The notes under the pieces: generated by a model
What the model was told of the DNA's origin: nothing
What the model saw: only the letters and a program-made list of their open reading frames with translations
Databases searched by the model: none
Part shown: positions 39,701-51,742 of the stretch, piece after piece
Layout of the letters: each line of letters opens with the position of its first letter
How positions within the stretch are numbered: position 1 is the first letter of the stretch
Made by a program: the position numbers and the translations under genes
NCBI RefSeq assembly: GCF_009914755.1
Contig: NC_060946.1
From: the human T2T-CHM13v2.0 reference genome, Homo sapiens
Length of the DNA stretch: 64,000 nucleotides
Direction: 5' to 3' (one strand)

Positions 39701-42700
39701 TCCGACCACAGCTGTATTCTTCTGGAATCCTAAGTGAGGGACAAAACTTCAGACATTCGTGGCGGTGTTCTGGAATCCTATGTGAGGGACAAACATTCAG
39801 ACAATCGTAGAAGGGTTCTGGAATTCTATGTGAGTGACAAATATTCAGAGCCCCGTAGCAGTGTTCTGGAATCCTATGTGAGGGACAAACATTCAGACCC
39901 CATCAGTAGTGTACTGGAATAACATGAGAGGGACAATCATTCAGACCCTCAGAGCAGTGTTCTGGAATTCTGTGTGATGGACATACATTAGGAACCTCGT
40001 AGCAGTGTTCTGGAATCCTGTCTGAGGGACAAACATTCAGACCACAGCAGGAGTGTTACGGAATCCCCTGTGAGGAGGAAACATTCAGACCCTCGTAGCA
40101 ATGTTCTGGAATCCTACGTGATGGACAAACATTTAGACCATACCAGCAGTTTTCTGGAATCCTATGTGAGGTACAAACACTCAGAACCCAGCAGCAGTGT
40201 TCTGGAACCCTATGTGAGGGACAAACATTCAGACCACTGCAGGATTGTTCTGGAATCCTATGTTAGGGACAAACACTCAAAACACAGCAGGAGTGTTTTG
40301 GAATTCTATGTGAGAGACAAATTTTGAGACCCTCGTAGCAGTGTTCCAGAATCATATGTGAGGGAGAAACATTCAGACAATCGTATCAGTGTTCCAGAAT
40401 CATATGTGAGGGACAAACATTCAGACCCTCGGAGCATTGTTCTGGAATGCTATGTTAGGGACAAACATTTAGACAATCGTAGCAATGTTCTGGAATAATA
40501 TGTGAGGGACAAACATTCAGACAGTCTCAGCAGTGTTCTGGAATCCTATGCGAGGGACAAACATTCAGACCTCAGCAGCAGTGTTCTGGAATCCTATGTG
40601 AGGGACAAACATTAAAACAACAGCGAAAGTGTTCTGGAATCCTATGTTATGAACAAACATTCAGACCCTCGTCGCAGTGTTCTGGAATTCTATGTGAGGG
40701 AGAAATACTCAGAACCCAGCAGCAGGGTTCTGGAATCATGTGAAGGACATACATATAGACTCCAGCAGCATTGTTCTGGAATCCTATGTGAGGGACAAAC
40801 AGTCACACCCCAGCAACAGCGTTCTGGAATCCTATATGAGGGACAATCATTCAGATGCTTGTAGCAGTGTTCTGGAATTCTGTGTGAGGGACAAACTTTC
40901 AGATGCTCGTAGCAGTGTTCTGGAATTCTGTGTGAGGGACAAACTTTCAGACCCTCGTAGCAGTGTTCTGGAATCCTGTGTGAGGGACAAACTTTCAGAT
41001 GCTCGTAGCAGTGTTCTGGAATTCTGTGTGAGGAACAAACCTTCAGACCCTCTTAGCAGTGTTCTGGAATCATATGTGTCGGACAAACATTTAGACCTCA
41101 GCAGCACTGTTCTAGAATCCTATGTGAGGGGCAATCATTCAGACACTCGCAGCGGTGTTCAGGAATCAGATGTGAGGGACAAACACTCAGAACCCAGCAG
41201 CAGTGTTCTGGAACCCTATTTGAGGGACAAACAGTCAGATCACAGCTGTATTGTTCTGAAATCCTATGTGAGGAACAAACATTCAGACATTCGTAACGGT
41301 GTTCTTGAATCCTACGTGAGGGACAAACATTCAGACGCCAGCAGCATTGTTTTGGAATCCTATGTAAGGGACAAGCATTCAAACAACAGCGGGAGTGTTT
41401 TGGAATCCTATGTGTGGGACAAACTTTAAGACAACAGCAGGAGTCTTCTGAAATCCTATGTGAGAAACAAACATTTACAACACAGCAGCAGTGTCCTGGA
41501 GTCCTATGTGAGGGGCAAATATTCAGAACCTCATAGCAGTTTTCTGGAATCCTAGGAGAGGGACAAACACTCACAACCCAACAGGAGTGTTCTGGGACCC
41601 TGTGTGAGGGAAAAGCATTCAGACAACAACAGGAGTGTTCTGGAATCATATGTGAGGGAGAAACACTCATACCACATCAGGAGTGTTCTAGAATCCCCTG
41701 TGAGGGACAAACATTCAGACCCTGGTAAGAGTGTTCCAGAAACCTATGTGAGGGGTAAGCATTTAGTTCCTCCTAGCAGTGTTCTGGAATCCTATGTGGG
41801 GGACAAACAGTCAGACCACAACAGGAGTGTACTAGAATCCCCTGTGAGGGACAAACATTCAGACCTTTGAAGCAGTGTTCTGGAATACTAGTGAGGGACA
41901 AAGATTCAGACTAGAGCAGAATTCTTCTGGAATCCTATGTGAGGAACGGATATTTAGACCACATCAGGAGTGTTCTGGAATGCTATTTGAGGGACAAACA
42001 TTCAGTCCCTCTTAGCAGTGTTCTGGAATCCTTTGTGAGGGCTAACCACTCAGAACCCAGCAGCAGTGTTCTGTAATCCTATGAGAGGGACAAACATTCA
42101 TACCACAGGAGGAATGTTCTGGAATCCTATGTGAGAGACAGACATTCAGACCCTGGTAGCAGTGTTCTGGAATCCTATGTGAAGGCCAAACACTCAGAAA
42201 CCAGCAGCAGTGTTGTGGAATCCTATGCGAGCGACAAACATTCAGATGCCAGAAGCATTGTTCTGGAATCCTATATGAGGGGCAAACATTCAGACCTAAG
42301 CAGGAGTATTATTTAATCCTATGTGATGGATAAACATTCGGACCCCTGCAGCAGTGTTCTGGATACCTATGTGTGGGAGAAACAGTCAGAAACCAGCAGA
42401 ACGGTTCTGGAATCCTCTGTGATGGACAAACATTTAGAGTCTAGAAGCATTTTTAAGCAATCCTATGTGAGGGAGAAAACATCCAGACCCCAGCAGAAGT
42501 GTTCTGGAATCCTTTTTGAAGGAATAACATTTAGTCCCCAGCCGCAGTGTTCTGGAATCCTATGTGAAGGACAAACATTCAGACCCTCCTAGCAGTGTTG
42601 TGGAATCCTATGTGAGGGACAAACATACAGATCACAGCAGGAGGGTTATTGCGTCTTATGTGAGGGACAGCCAGAACCCAGCAGGGGTGTTCTGGAATCC

Positions 42701-45700
42701 TATGTGAGGGACAAATATACAGACCACAGCAGAAGTTTTCTGGAATCCTTTGTGCAGAACAAACATTCAGATCACAGCAAAATTTTTCCAGAATCCTATG
42801 TGAGGGACAAAGCTTCAGAACCTCTTAGCAGTGTTCTTGAATCCTATGTGAGGGACAAACTTTCAGACTCCTGTGGCAGTGTTTTAGAATTCGATGTGAA
42901 GGACAAACAATCAAAACCCAGAGGCAGTGTTCTTGGATCTTATGTGAAGGACAAACATTCAGACCCTCTTAGCAGTGTTCTGAAATCCTATGTGAGGGAA
43001 AAGTATTCAGACTCTCGTAGCAGTGTTCTGGAATCCGACGTGAGGGAGAAACATTCAGACCACAGAAGGAATGTTCTGGAATCCTATGTGAGTAACGTTC
43101 AGACCACAGCACGATTGTTCTGGAATCCCATGTGAGGTACAAACATTCAGACGCCAGCAGCAGTGTTCCGAAATCCTATTTTAGGTACAAACATTCACAC
43201 CACAGCAGGATTGTTCTGGAATCCTATGTGAGAGACAAACATTCAGACCCCAGGGGTAGTGTTCTGGAATCCTATGTGAGGGACAAACTTTCAGACCACA
43301 GCGGGAGTGTTCTGGAATCCTATCTGAGAGACAAACATTCACACCCTCGTAGCAGTGTTCTTGAATCTTATGTGAGGGACAAACATTCAAACTCTCCTAG
43401 CAGTGTTCTGGAATCCGATGTGAGGGACAAACACTGCAAACCCAGCAGCAGTGTTCTGGAATCCTAAGTGAGGGACAAACATTCAGACCACAGCAGGAGT
43501 GTTGCGGATTCCTATGTGAGGGAGAATAATTCAAACTCTAGTAGCAGTGTTCTGGAATCCTATGTGAGGGACAAACATTCAGAGCCCAGTAGCAGTGTTG
43601 TGGAATCTTACTTGAGGGACAAACACTCAGACCATGGCAGGAGTGTTTTGGAATCCTTTGTGAGTGAGAAACACTCAGACCACAAGAGGATTGCTCTGGA
43701 ATCCCATGTGAGGCAAAACCACTGAGACTACAGCAGCAGTTTTCTGGAATCCCATGTGAGGGTCAACCATTGAGACTACAATAGTAGTGTTCTGGAATCC
43801 TATATGAGAGACAATCATTCATAACACAGCAGTAGTGTACTGGAATATTATGTGAGGAACAAGCATTCAGACCACAGCAGCAGTGTTCTGGAATCATACA
43901 TGAGGGACAAACACTCAGAAGCCAGCAGCGGTGTTCTGGAATCCTATTTGAGCGGCAAACATTCAGAACAGAGCAAGAGTGTCTTGGAATCCTATGTGAG
44001 GTACAATCATTCAGAGCCTCGTAGCAGTGTTCTGGAATCGTACTAGAGGGACAAACACTGAGAACCCAACAGCAGTGTTCTGGATTCCTTAGGGGGGGAC
44101 AAACATTCAGAGCATGGCAGGAGTGTTCTGGAATCCCATGTGAGGGAGAAAAATTCAGACCTTCGTAGCAGTGTTCTGGAATCCTATGTGAGGGACAAAC
44201 ATTTAGACCCAAGTAGCTGTGTTCTGGAATCTTACGTTAAGTACAAACACTCAGAAACCAACAGCAGTGCTCTGGAATCCTAAGTGAGGGACAAACTTTC
44301 AGACCACAGCACGAGTGTTCTGGAATCCTGAGTGAGAGACAAACATTCGGAACACAGCAGGAGTGTTCTGGAACGCTATGTCAGGGAGAATAATTCAGAC
44401 CCTCATAGCAGTGTTCTGGAATCCTATGTGAGGGACAAACATTCAGACTCCAGTAGCAGTGTTTTGGAATCCTATTTGAGGGAGAAACACTCAGACCAGA
44501 GAAGAAATGTTTTGGAATCCTATGTGAGGGGGAAACATTCAGAACACAGCAGGATAGATCTGGAAACCCTTGTGAGGCACAAACACCCAGATGACAGGAG
44601 GAATGTTCTGGAATCCTATATAAGGGTCAAGTATTCAGACCACAGCAGTAGTGTTCTGGAATCCTATATGAGGGACAAACATTCAGACCCTCGTAGCAGT
44701 GTTCTGGAATCCTATGTAAAAGACAAACACTCAGAAACCAGGAGCAGTGTTCTGTAATCCTTTGTGAGGGAGAAACTTTCAGACCACAGAAGGAGTGTTC
44801 TGGAATCCTAAGTGAGGGACAAACATTCAGACCAAAGCAGCAGTGTTCTGGACTCCTATGTGAGGGACAAACATTTAGGCCCACGTAGCAGTGTTCTGGA
44901 ATCCTATGTGAGGGACAAACATTCAGAAACTCGTAGCAGTGTTGTGGAATCCTATGTGAGGGAGAAACACTCAGAACGCAGCAGCAGTGTTCTGGAATCC
45001 TATGTGAGGGACAAACATTCAGAGCAGAGCAGGAATGTTCTGGAGTCCTATGTGCGGGACAAACTTTCAATCCCTCATAGCAGTGTTCTGGAATTCTATG
45101 TGATGGACAAACATTTACAACCATGAGGCAGTGTTCTGGAGTCATACGTGAGGGACAAACACTCAGATCCCAAACTCAGTGTTCTGGAATCCCATTTGAG
45201 GGACAAACATTCAGACCAGAGCAGGAGTGTTCCGTAATCCTATGTGAGGTACAATCATTCAGACCCTCGTAGCAGTGTTCTGCAGTCCTATGTGAGGGAC
45301 AAACACTCAGAACCCAGCAGCATTGTTCTGGAATCTTATATGAGGGACCATCATTCAGACCACAGCTGGCATCTCCTGGAATCCTACGTGTGGGACAAGC
45401 ATTCAGACTCTCGTAGCACTGTTCTGGAATCCTAGGTTAGGAAAATACATTCAGAACACAGCAGGAGTGCTCTGGAGTCCTATGTGCGGGACAAACATTG
45501 AGACCTTTGTAGCACTGTTGTGGAATCCTATGTGAGGGAGAAACACTCAGAACCCAGCAGCAGTGTTCTGGAATCCTATGTGAGGGACAACCATTCAGAC
45601 CACAGCTGGAGTGTTCTGGAATCCTACTTGTGGGACAAGCATTCAGACCCTCGTAGCATTGTTCTGTAATCCTATGTTAGGAAATCACATTCAGAACACA

Positions 45701-46072
45701 GCAGGAGTGTTCTGGAGTCCTATGTGAGGGACAAAGATTCAGACCCTCATAACAGTGTTCTGGAATCTTATGTGAGGTACAAACATTCAGACCCCCCTAG
45801 CAGTGTTCTGGAATTGTATGTGAGGGACAAAAACTCAGAACCCAGCAGCAGTGTTCTGGAATCTTATCTGACGGACAAATATTCAGACTAGGGAAGGAGT
45901 GCTCTAGAACCCTGTGTGAGGTACAATCATTCAGACCGCAGCAGGACTGTTCTGGAATCATATGTGAGGGGCAATCATTCAGACCACAGCTGATGTGTTC
46001 TGGAATCCTACGTGTGGGACAGGCATTCAGACCCTCGTAGCATTGTTCTGGAATCCTATGTTAAGAAAATAC

Positions 46073-46165
46073 AAATGTAAGGCTGAAAGCTGTAAAACTC
46101 CTACACAAAAATATAAGGGAAAAATATGCAACGTTATGCCATTGAATTTGGCAGTGGGATCTTGA
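46073..46165 (+). mobile_element. Old L1 ORF2 fragment at the satellite boundary
   Basis: 'aaatgtaaggctgaaagctgtaaaactcctacacaaaaatataagggaaaa...cattgaatttggcagtggg' resembles L1M ORF2. Confidence 0.6.
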
Positions 46166-47050
46166 CTGCCAGCTGCCCCACATCCCTGGAACATCCATCC
46201 GCTCACCGCTGCCGGGTTCTGGGTCCTTCCACACCTGTCACGCTACTTTGTGAGGGGCTCTGAGGGGCACCAGCCAGGACCCCATGCTGAGCACAGGGCA
46301 CAGGCCGGGCATTGTCAGGCTATTCGCTGGCAGGCTATCCCCATGCCCGCCTCAGACGCCAGGAGGAAGGGCGGCCTGATCTGAGCCTGCGGAAGGAGGA
46401 AGAAGCACGTTTCCTGAGCCAACAGGGACACAGAGGCGGATGCCATAAAATTATATGGCATATATTTTGAAACATGGCCGCAATTTGAATAATTAGAATA
46501 TCTAAAAACTCCAAAGATTATTATGCTGAAACGGCACCAAAAATTATCATTCCAGTGACTACAGGGAATTTTTAATAGTTGCTATTTTTATAATAAAATT
46601 AAACTTTAATGAAATAACTGACTTTCAAACTTCAGCAAGAGGACAAATATTCAGCCAGAGATATCAGTTCCCAGTTTCTGCTCCGGGTCTTCTCTGGTCT
46701 TCCACAGCCCCTCCTGCATCACCCAGGGCTAAAGGGCCACCTGGCCTGGCCTGAATCCCCTCGTCCCTCCGCTTCCCCACTCAGCTCCTTCAGCGCCCTC
46801 CTGAGGCAGGGGCGGCAAACTGTCCAGAGCTGGAGGCTCCCTCGACCAGGGCAGCACCGCTCCGCCCCTCTCCGCACCTGCCCAGCCCCTGGCAAAGGAC
46901 GTGCCTGGGCCTGGCCCACTGCACGTCCCCCGACGCCTGCCCTGTGCCTGCAACGGCGACGCTGCCAACAAGAGGTGCCAGAGGCTGAGGCGCAACCCCC
47001 CCAGAGCGCAGGGTTCCCACTCACCTGGGAGTAGGGATAGGCCCCTCCTG
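46166..47050. other. GC/CpG-enriched non-repeat segment (two GC-rich blocks separated by an AT-rich spacer), origin unassigned
   Basis: Composition shift, multiple CpGs, GC-box-like ccgcccc, and a minus-strand CAG/GTGAGT at 47019-47027. Confidence 0.4.
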
Positions 47051-47744
47051 GTAGGTTGCACTGTTAAGATTATTTCCTTATTTATTTTACTTAAAACTGG
47101 TAGAATGTTACTATTATATGACGTACCCATGATTCTGCCAGTAAATTTGGGCATACGTTTATTAGTTTTTGTTAGATTAACTAGTTCTTTTGTTTCTGTT
47201 ATTAAGGTGAAATTTAAATTCTATCTGAAATCAGTAAGATACAGAGAGATTTTAATGAGAAGTGAGTATTTTTTTCTAAAGGGGAACTGATATCTCTGGC
47301 TGAATATGTGTCTTCTTGCTGAAGTTTGAAAGTCAGTTATTTTATTAAAGTTTAATTTTACTATAAAAATAACAACTATTAAAAATTCCCTGTCATCATT
47401 GGAAGGATAAATTTTGGTGCAGTGTCAGTATAACAATATTTCGAATTTTTAAATGTTCTAATTATTCAAATTGTGGTCATGCTTTAAAAATATATGCCAT
47501 AGAAGTTATGTTATTTTAAAATACCATTCTTTATTATGGGAAGAAGCAGTAAATTCACCTTAACCGTAGCAGACTCTAGAGCTGGCTAAAACACCCTTTA
47601 GAGGTTAAATTGTAATGAGGTAGACCATCAATGCAAAAAACAGTTTTTTTAGTTGTTCCGCTACCTGTGCAAAACTTATTAGAAGAATGTTCAGAAATTA
47701 AAATCTGTGTTTGTTAAGACTTGTTTCTGCTGGGGGTTTTAGAA

Positions 47745-47865
47745 TGTAATAAAAGCTATAAATAAAATTCTAAGCCCCGTATCAACTGAACATACTTCCT
47801 CTTGAGCAAGAAGACCCCAGAAAAAAACTTAAAAACTGAATTTCTGGCTATGACAGCAAGAGAGG
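47745..47865 (+). mobile_element. MER4-group (ERV1) LTR, 5' part; host of the ERVL insertion
   Basis: 'tgtaat...aaataaaattctaagcccc...aactgaa...aaaaactgaatttctggctatgacagcaagagagg'. Resumes after the TSD copy at 51743-51747. Confidence 0.6.
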
Positions 47866-48343
47866 TGTTATGTGCAGGAGATGCTCCAGGGAAGAAGAAA
47901 ACACACACACACAATACCTTTAAAGGTCAACAAACTCGATCCCACATAAATGGCAATTCAGATATAATAAGCAAATGATAGAATAAGCAAATTGATACAA
48001 TAAGCAAATTGCAGTGGGAAGGGGAGAAGGAAAAAAATGTGTGTATATATATATGAGGATAGACTATGGAGGATTCATCACCAGACCGAGAAGCAACAGC
48101 CTGGGCTCCAGAGTCAGCCACTCATCCATGCACAAAGGAACACAAAAAGGTCAATTTGCTTTTGCCGTTGTCTGTTGTTTTTCAATAACTAAAGTATAGG
48201 AATAGATTGAAATAGAGATTTCTCTGAAACAGTGCTGGATGAATGCCTCAAGGGGCTCACAAAACCTATTCCGAGACTTGGTGACCATTATTTGTGTCCA
48301 TGTTCAATTGAGTTTAAATATATTATTTAACTTTTTCTGCGTA
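47866..48343 (-). mobile_element. ERVL-class 3' LTR (LTR66-like), internally deleted
   Basis: Reverse complement runs from '...aaaaagttaaataatatatttaaactcaattgaacatggacacaaataatggtcaccaagtc' to '...gcatctcctgcacataaca'. Family name recalled and tentative. Confidence 0.65.
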
Positions 48344-51300
48344 TTCGGTCCCAATTGATACTCAAATGTAGGAAAATACCCTTACAGATATACGAGGAAT
48401 ACATAATTGGTAGAGGTTACAGAAGCAGGGTAAGCAGAGGAGAATTAAAACACAGTTAATAAAAACCGCACCCACCAAGGCCAACGCCAATGCCAGTTGG
48501 ACAGCCAATTCATGATGGGGTCCTGACAGTTAGATTTTGTTTTGCTTGTCCTTGCATGTCTTGGGCGAGGAGAGTAATATTGTGAGAACTGTCAGGGATA
48601 CACACACAAAATTCAGTATGCAGCAAGGCTGAAACGCTCCTTGGGCTGCGGTAAGCATACCTAATGCCATTTGATTTTGCAACACAACACTACACAACTG
48701 AGCAAATTCCTCTGATAACAACATAAGTCCAGTGCTACTACCATTAAGAGCTTTTTCTACATGTAAGCTTAATATTTAAATTTTTTGCTGAAGCAGAATT
48801 GTATCAGTGGCAGAGGAGAACACTGTTATAGGGTACACCCCATCAGGGATTCTGGCGCATTTGTAACCAGTGATGTTTGGAAGCATCTAGATTTAGGAAA
48901 GAGGTTGTGTTTCATTGGGGACAATGCTGTTGATTTGGAGTATGTGTTGACAATTGTCTGGTGGGAGAAACCCCAGAGTAACATTAAAAGAGCCATTTAA
49001 GGCCTCCAGACAAAGGTGGGGTGCGGTGCCATATGGAGTTCAGCTACCGGTATGGTAGGTTCCCTGTATATGTCTTTCCAGGTATATTGGGTAGGATACA
49101 AAGGCCTTTGATGCATTGCAAAAGTGGATTTCTCCTTTTGTCAGACTTGGGCAAAAATAGACTCTTTGTTTTGGTTAAAAGAAGTCCAGGTGGGATTACA
49201 GGTGCTATTCTCCTGACCCCCTTGGTAGTGATGTAACCACTTGGAAATGTTGGCAGAGACAATTTTTTAAGGGAGCCCATTCCCTGCAGCCTGTGGCAAT
49301 TCGACTAAAAGGCAGCACTAACTGCAGTTGACTTCTGTTGCAGCGGTGGCTACCCAGTTGCTAAATGCATTCTTGGCCTCAGACACAAAGAAGCAGGTGC
49401 TGACCATCATTCGATAGGCTATTCCTTTTAATAACAAAAACAGAGGGGAACATAACATTGTTTTTAAAATTTTACTACTCCCCTCATTTCCTGCCCCCAT
49501 ACTGTGGCCCCAGGATTTAAGCTGCCCACTTTGGTGGACCCAAATCCTCCAGTTCTATATGATGTTCCTATTGGGGCAGAAATTTCCTCGGGGTTAATTG
49601 GTGACACGGTACTACCAGTAGCTGAGCAATCTGCATCTGCGGCTTTATGGCAAAAGAATTTTCGGTGGTATTGTGTTAAAAGATTTTTAACTCTCACCGG
49701 TAATCACTATCAATTACACCACCATACACTATAATGCCTCTCATTCCAATGCTTGGACGTGTTGTAATCCATTCATCCACATTTGGGTTTGCAGTTATGG
49801 TGGAAATTTTGGCCTGTTGACCTGCCTGCTGATTAATTAGTCTGCCAAGAGAAAGCAGAGATGCATGAGCATCAACATAACAGTGTTAATGGTAGGGTGC
49901 ACAGGGATTCAGATATCTTCCCTGTATTCTTTCCCCAAACCTCTTTATTCCCAATTAACCATTTGCCTCATTGCCATTGAGGCATCTAGATAGTAAGACC
50001 ATTTGCTACTGACCAAGAGTTGGTATACAAGTGTCAAATCCCTCTGGCCTTCTTCTGAATAGCTGGGAACATGGCTACTAGCTCAGCCAGCTGGCTGCTC
50101 CCATCCCTTCCTTCATCAGAAATACTTATGTTTTTAACAGGATTATAAGCCACGGCCTCCCCGCATCGGGTCCCACCAATGTATCTGGCAGATCCATCAG
50201 TAAACCAAGCATGTTTCTGATGCTTTGGATGAGGCAGGTCTCTTTCCCTGCCTGCAGGACTTGTTCGGTGGCTTTCTGAGTTGGCAAATTTTTTAAAAAC
50301 GATACCCCCTTTGGTCCTGGCTTTACCCTATCTTGTATATACCATTCCATTATGTGATGCTACTTTCTTCAGCATGCCCTATTCGATGGGTTTTGGTGGA
50401 CCTCATGACCCAAGTCATAATAGGAATTTCAGGCCTTATGAAGACATCATGGTTGAAGCAGAGAGTCTCCATTTCCAGCAAAGCCCGATAGCAAGCTAAC
50501 AGTCGCTTCTCAAAAGGATTATAAGCTTCGCCAGCCTCTGGCAGCTTCCGGGTTTGAAACCCCAAGAGTCCCCTCTTCCCATCTTGTTTCTGCCAAAGGC
50601 TCCAATTAGCATGTTAATCCAGGACAGTTGTTTGCAATTCTACGGTCCCATCCCATATGGGCCATCCAGGGCCAGATGCACTGCTTGCTTAGCTTGCTCA
50701 AAGGCTGTGTTCTCTTTCTACCTCCAGTGAAAGTCATTATATTTTCTAGTGACTGCATACAGAGGTTGTGAGATGTTACCCAAATCGGGAAGATGTCTCC
50801 AGAATTCAAACAAGCCAATAAATTTCTGGGCCTCCTTTTTAGTGGTAGGGGTTGCAAATTCTAGTATTTTAACCATAGCCTTTGGTAAAATGGACTTTTT
50901 CCTTGCGTTCCATGGGATGCAAAGCAATTTTATAGTTTGTGCAGGTTCTTGAAATTTGTAAAGGCTAATTTCCCATTCTTCAGATAGGAACTGGGTTTTT
51001 ACCCACTCCAAGCCCCAGCTGACTCGTTCTTCAGTTTTACCCTGACCACACCACTTGCACAGCTGTTTTTTTCATCAATAATCTGTTAGCTTTGAGCCTG
51101 ATCAGTCAAGACATAGGCCTGAAATTGAGCCAGGGCCAGTCTGGAAGTCAGAGTAGTGTTTTCTTTTTCCAGTTTACATTTATCTTGTAGCAATTGATTT
51201 CTATCTCAACACATTAACTTATAAGCAGTAAGCAAGCACCATCTATGCTAAGAGATCCCCCTGGCATCTCCTTTGCTGACCGAAATCCCCTGCAGCACTT

Positions 51301-51370
51301 CATGCACAGTCAAAGGTTCAAATTCCAATAATTTAGATACCCAATTTTCACTAAGGTCAGTTCCCCCGAC
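48344..51370 (-). mobile_element. Degenerate class III (HERVL66-like) internal region: RT/RNase H, dUTPase and env TM remnants
   Basis: ORF fragments 'KILEFATPTTKKEAQKFIGLFEFWR' (RT connection), 'YNPFEKRLLACYRALLE' (RNase H tether), 'RTGGFGST' (dUTPase motif V), 'VVLQNQMALGMLTAAQG' (env immunosuppressive-domain-like). Many stops and frameshifts. Confidence 0.75.
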
Positions 51371-51462
51371 CATTCAATTGCCAAGAGGGAGAACTGGAGG
51401 AGTTTCTATCCTGGAATGTGGGAAGTCCCTGAGCTTCCAGCCGTGATCTTGAAGCTGAAAAG

Positions 51463-51742
51463 TGAAACCTCCATAGTCTGGTGGGTGTAGTAGCCAACTC
51501 TGGAGCCTAGGCTGTTGCTTCCCCATCTGGCCATGAATGCTGTATAGTCTGGTGAGTATATATACATAGATATAGATATAGATAGATAGATACATACATA
51601 CATAGATATAGATAGATAGATAAAAATATAGATATAGATATAGATATCTGCAATGCCATTTACATGGGATAAAAAAGTTGTTTGCCCTTAAAGGTATTGT
51701 GTGTGTCTTTTCTTCTCCCATCAGCATCTCCCACACAGAACA
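51463..51742 (+). mobile_element. Partial LTR66-like LTR (R/U5 end), inverted relative to 47866-48343
   Basis: The reverse complement 'tgttctgtgtgggagatgctgatgggagaagaaaagacacacacaatacctttaaggg' aligns with 47866 'tgttatgtgcaggagatgctccagggaagaagaaaacacacacacacaatacctttaaagg'. Contains a (TAGA/TA)n tract. Confidence 0.8.

Larger units (their letters stand above)
7320..46072. repeat. CER (D22Z3-type) 48-bp pericentromeric satellite array, about 38.7 kb, roughly 800 diverged monomers, single orientation
   Basis: Continuous tandem repeat with consensus close to GCAGTGTTCTGGAATCCTATGTGAGGGACAAACATTCAGACCC(CAGCA/TCGTA). The 16-aa periodicity of the ORF track confirms the 48-bp period. Confidence 0.93.

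Noticed and set aside
7320-46072. CRISPR-like array, or a giant repetitive protein gene
   Set aside because: There are no unique spacers: the whole 48-bp unit is repeated. There are no cas genes, and the context is primate. The ORFs are broken by frequent stops and frameshifts.
7320-46072. TTCTGGAA in nearly every monomer as a massive HSF/STAT binding platform
   Set aside because: It has only two nGAAn units (HSF needs three) and N2 spacing rather than the canonical STAT N3. Sequence alone gives no support.
46719-47290. Overlapping 76-141 aa ORFs in the GC-rich block
   Set aside because: Stop-poor GC-rich sequence with no recognisable domain.
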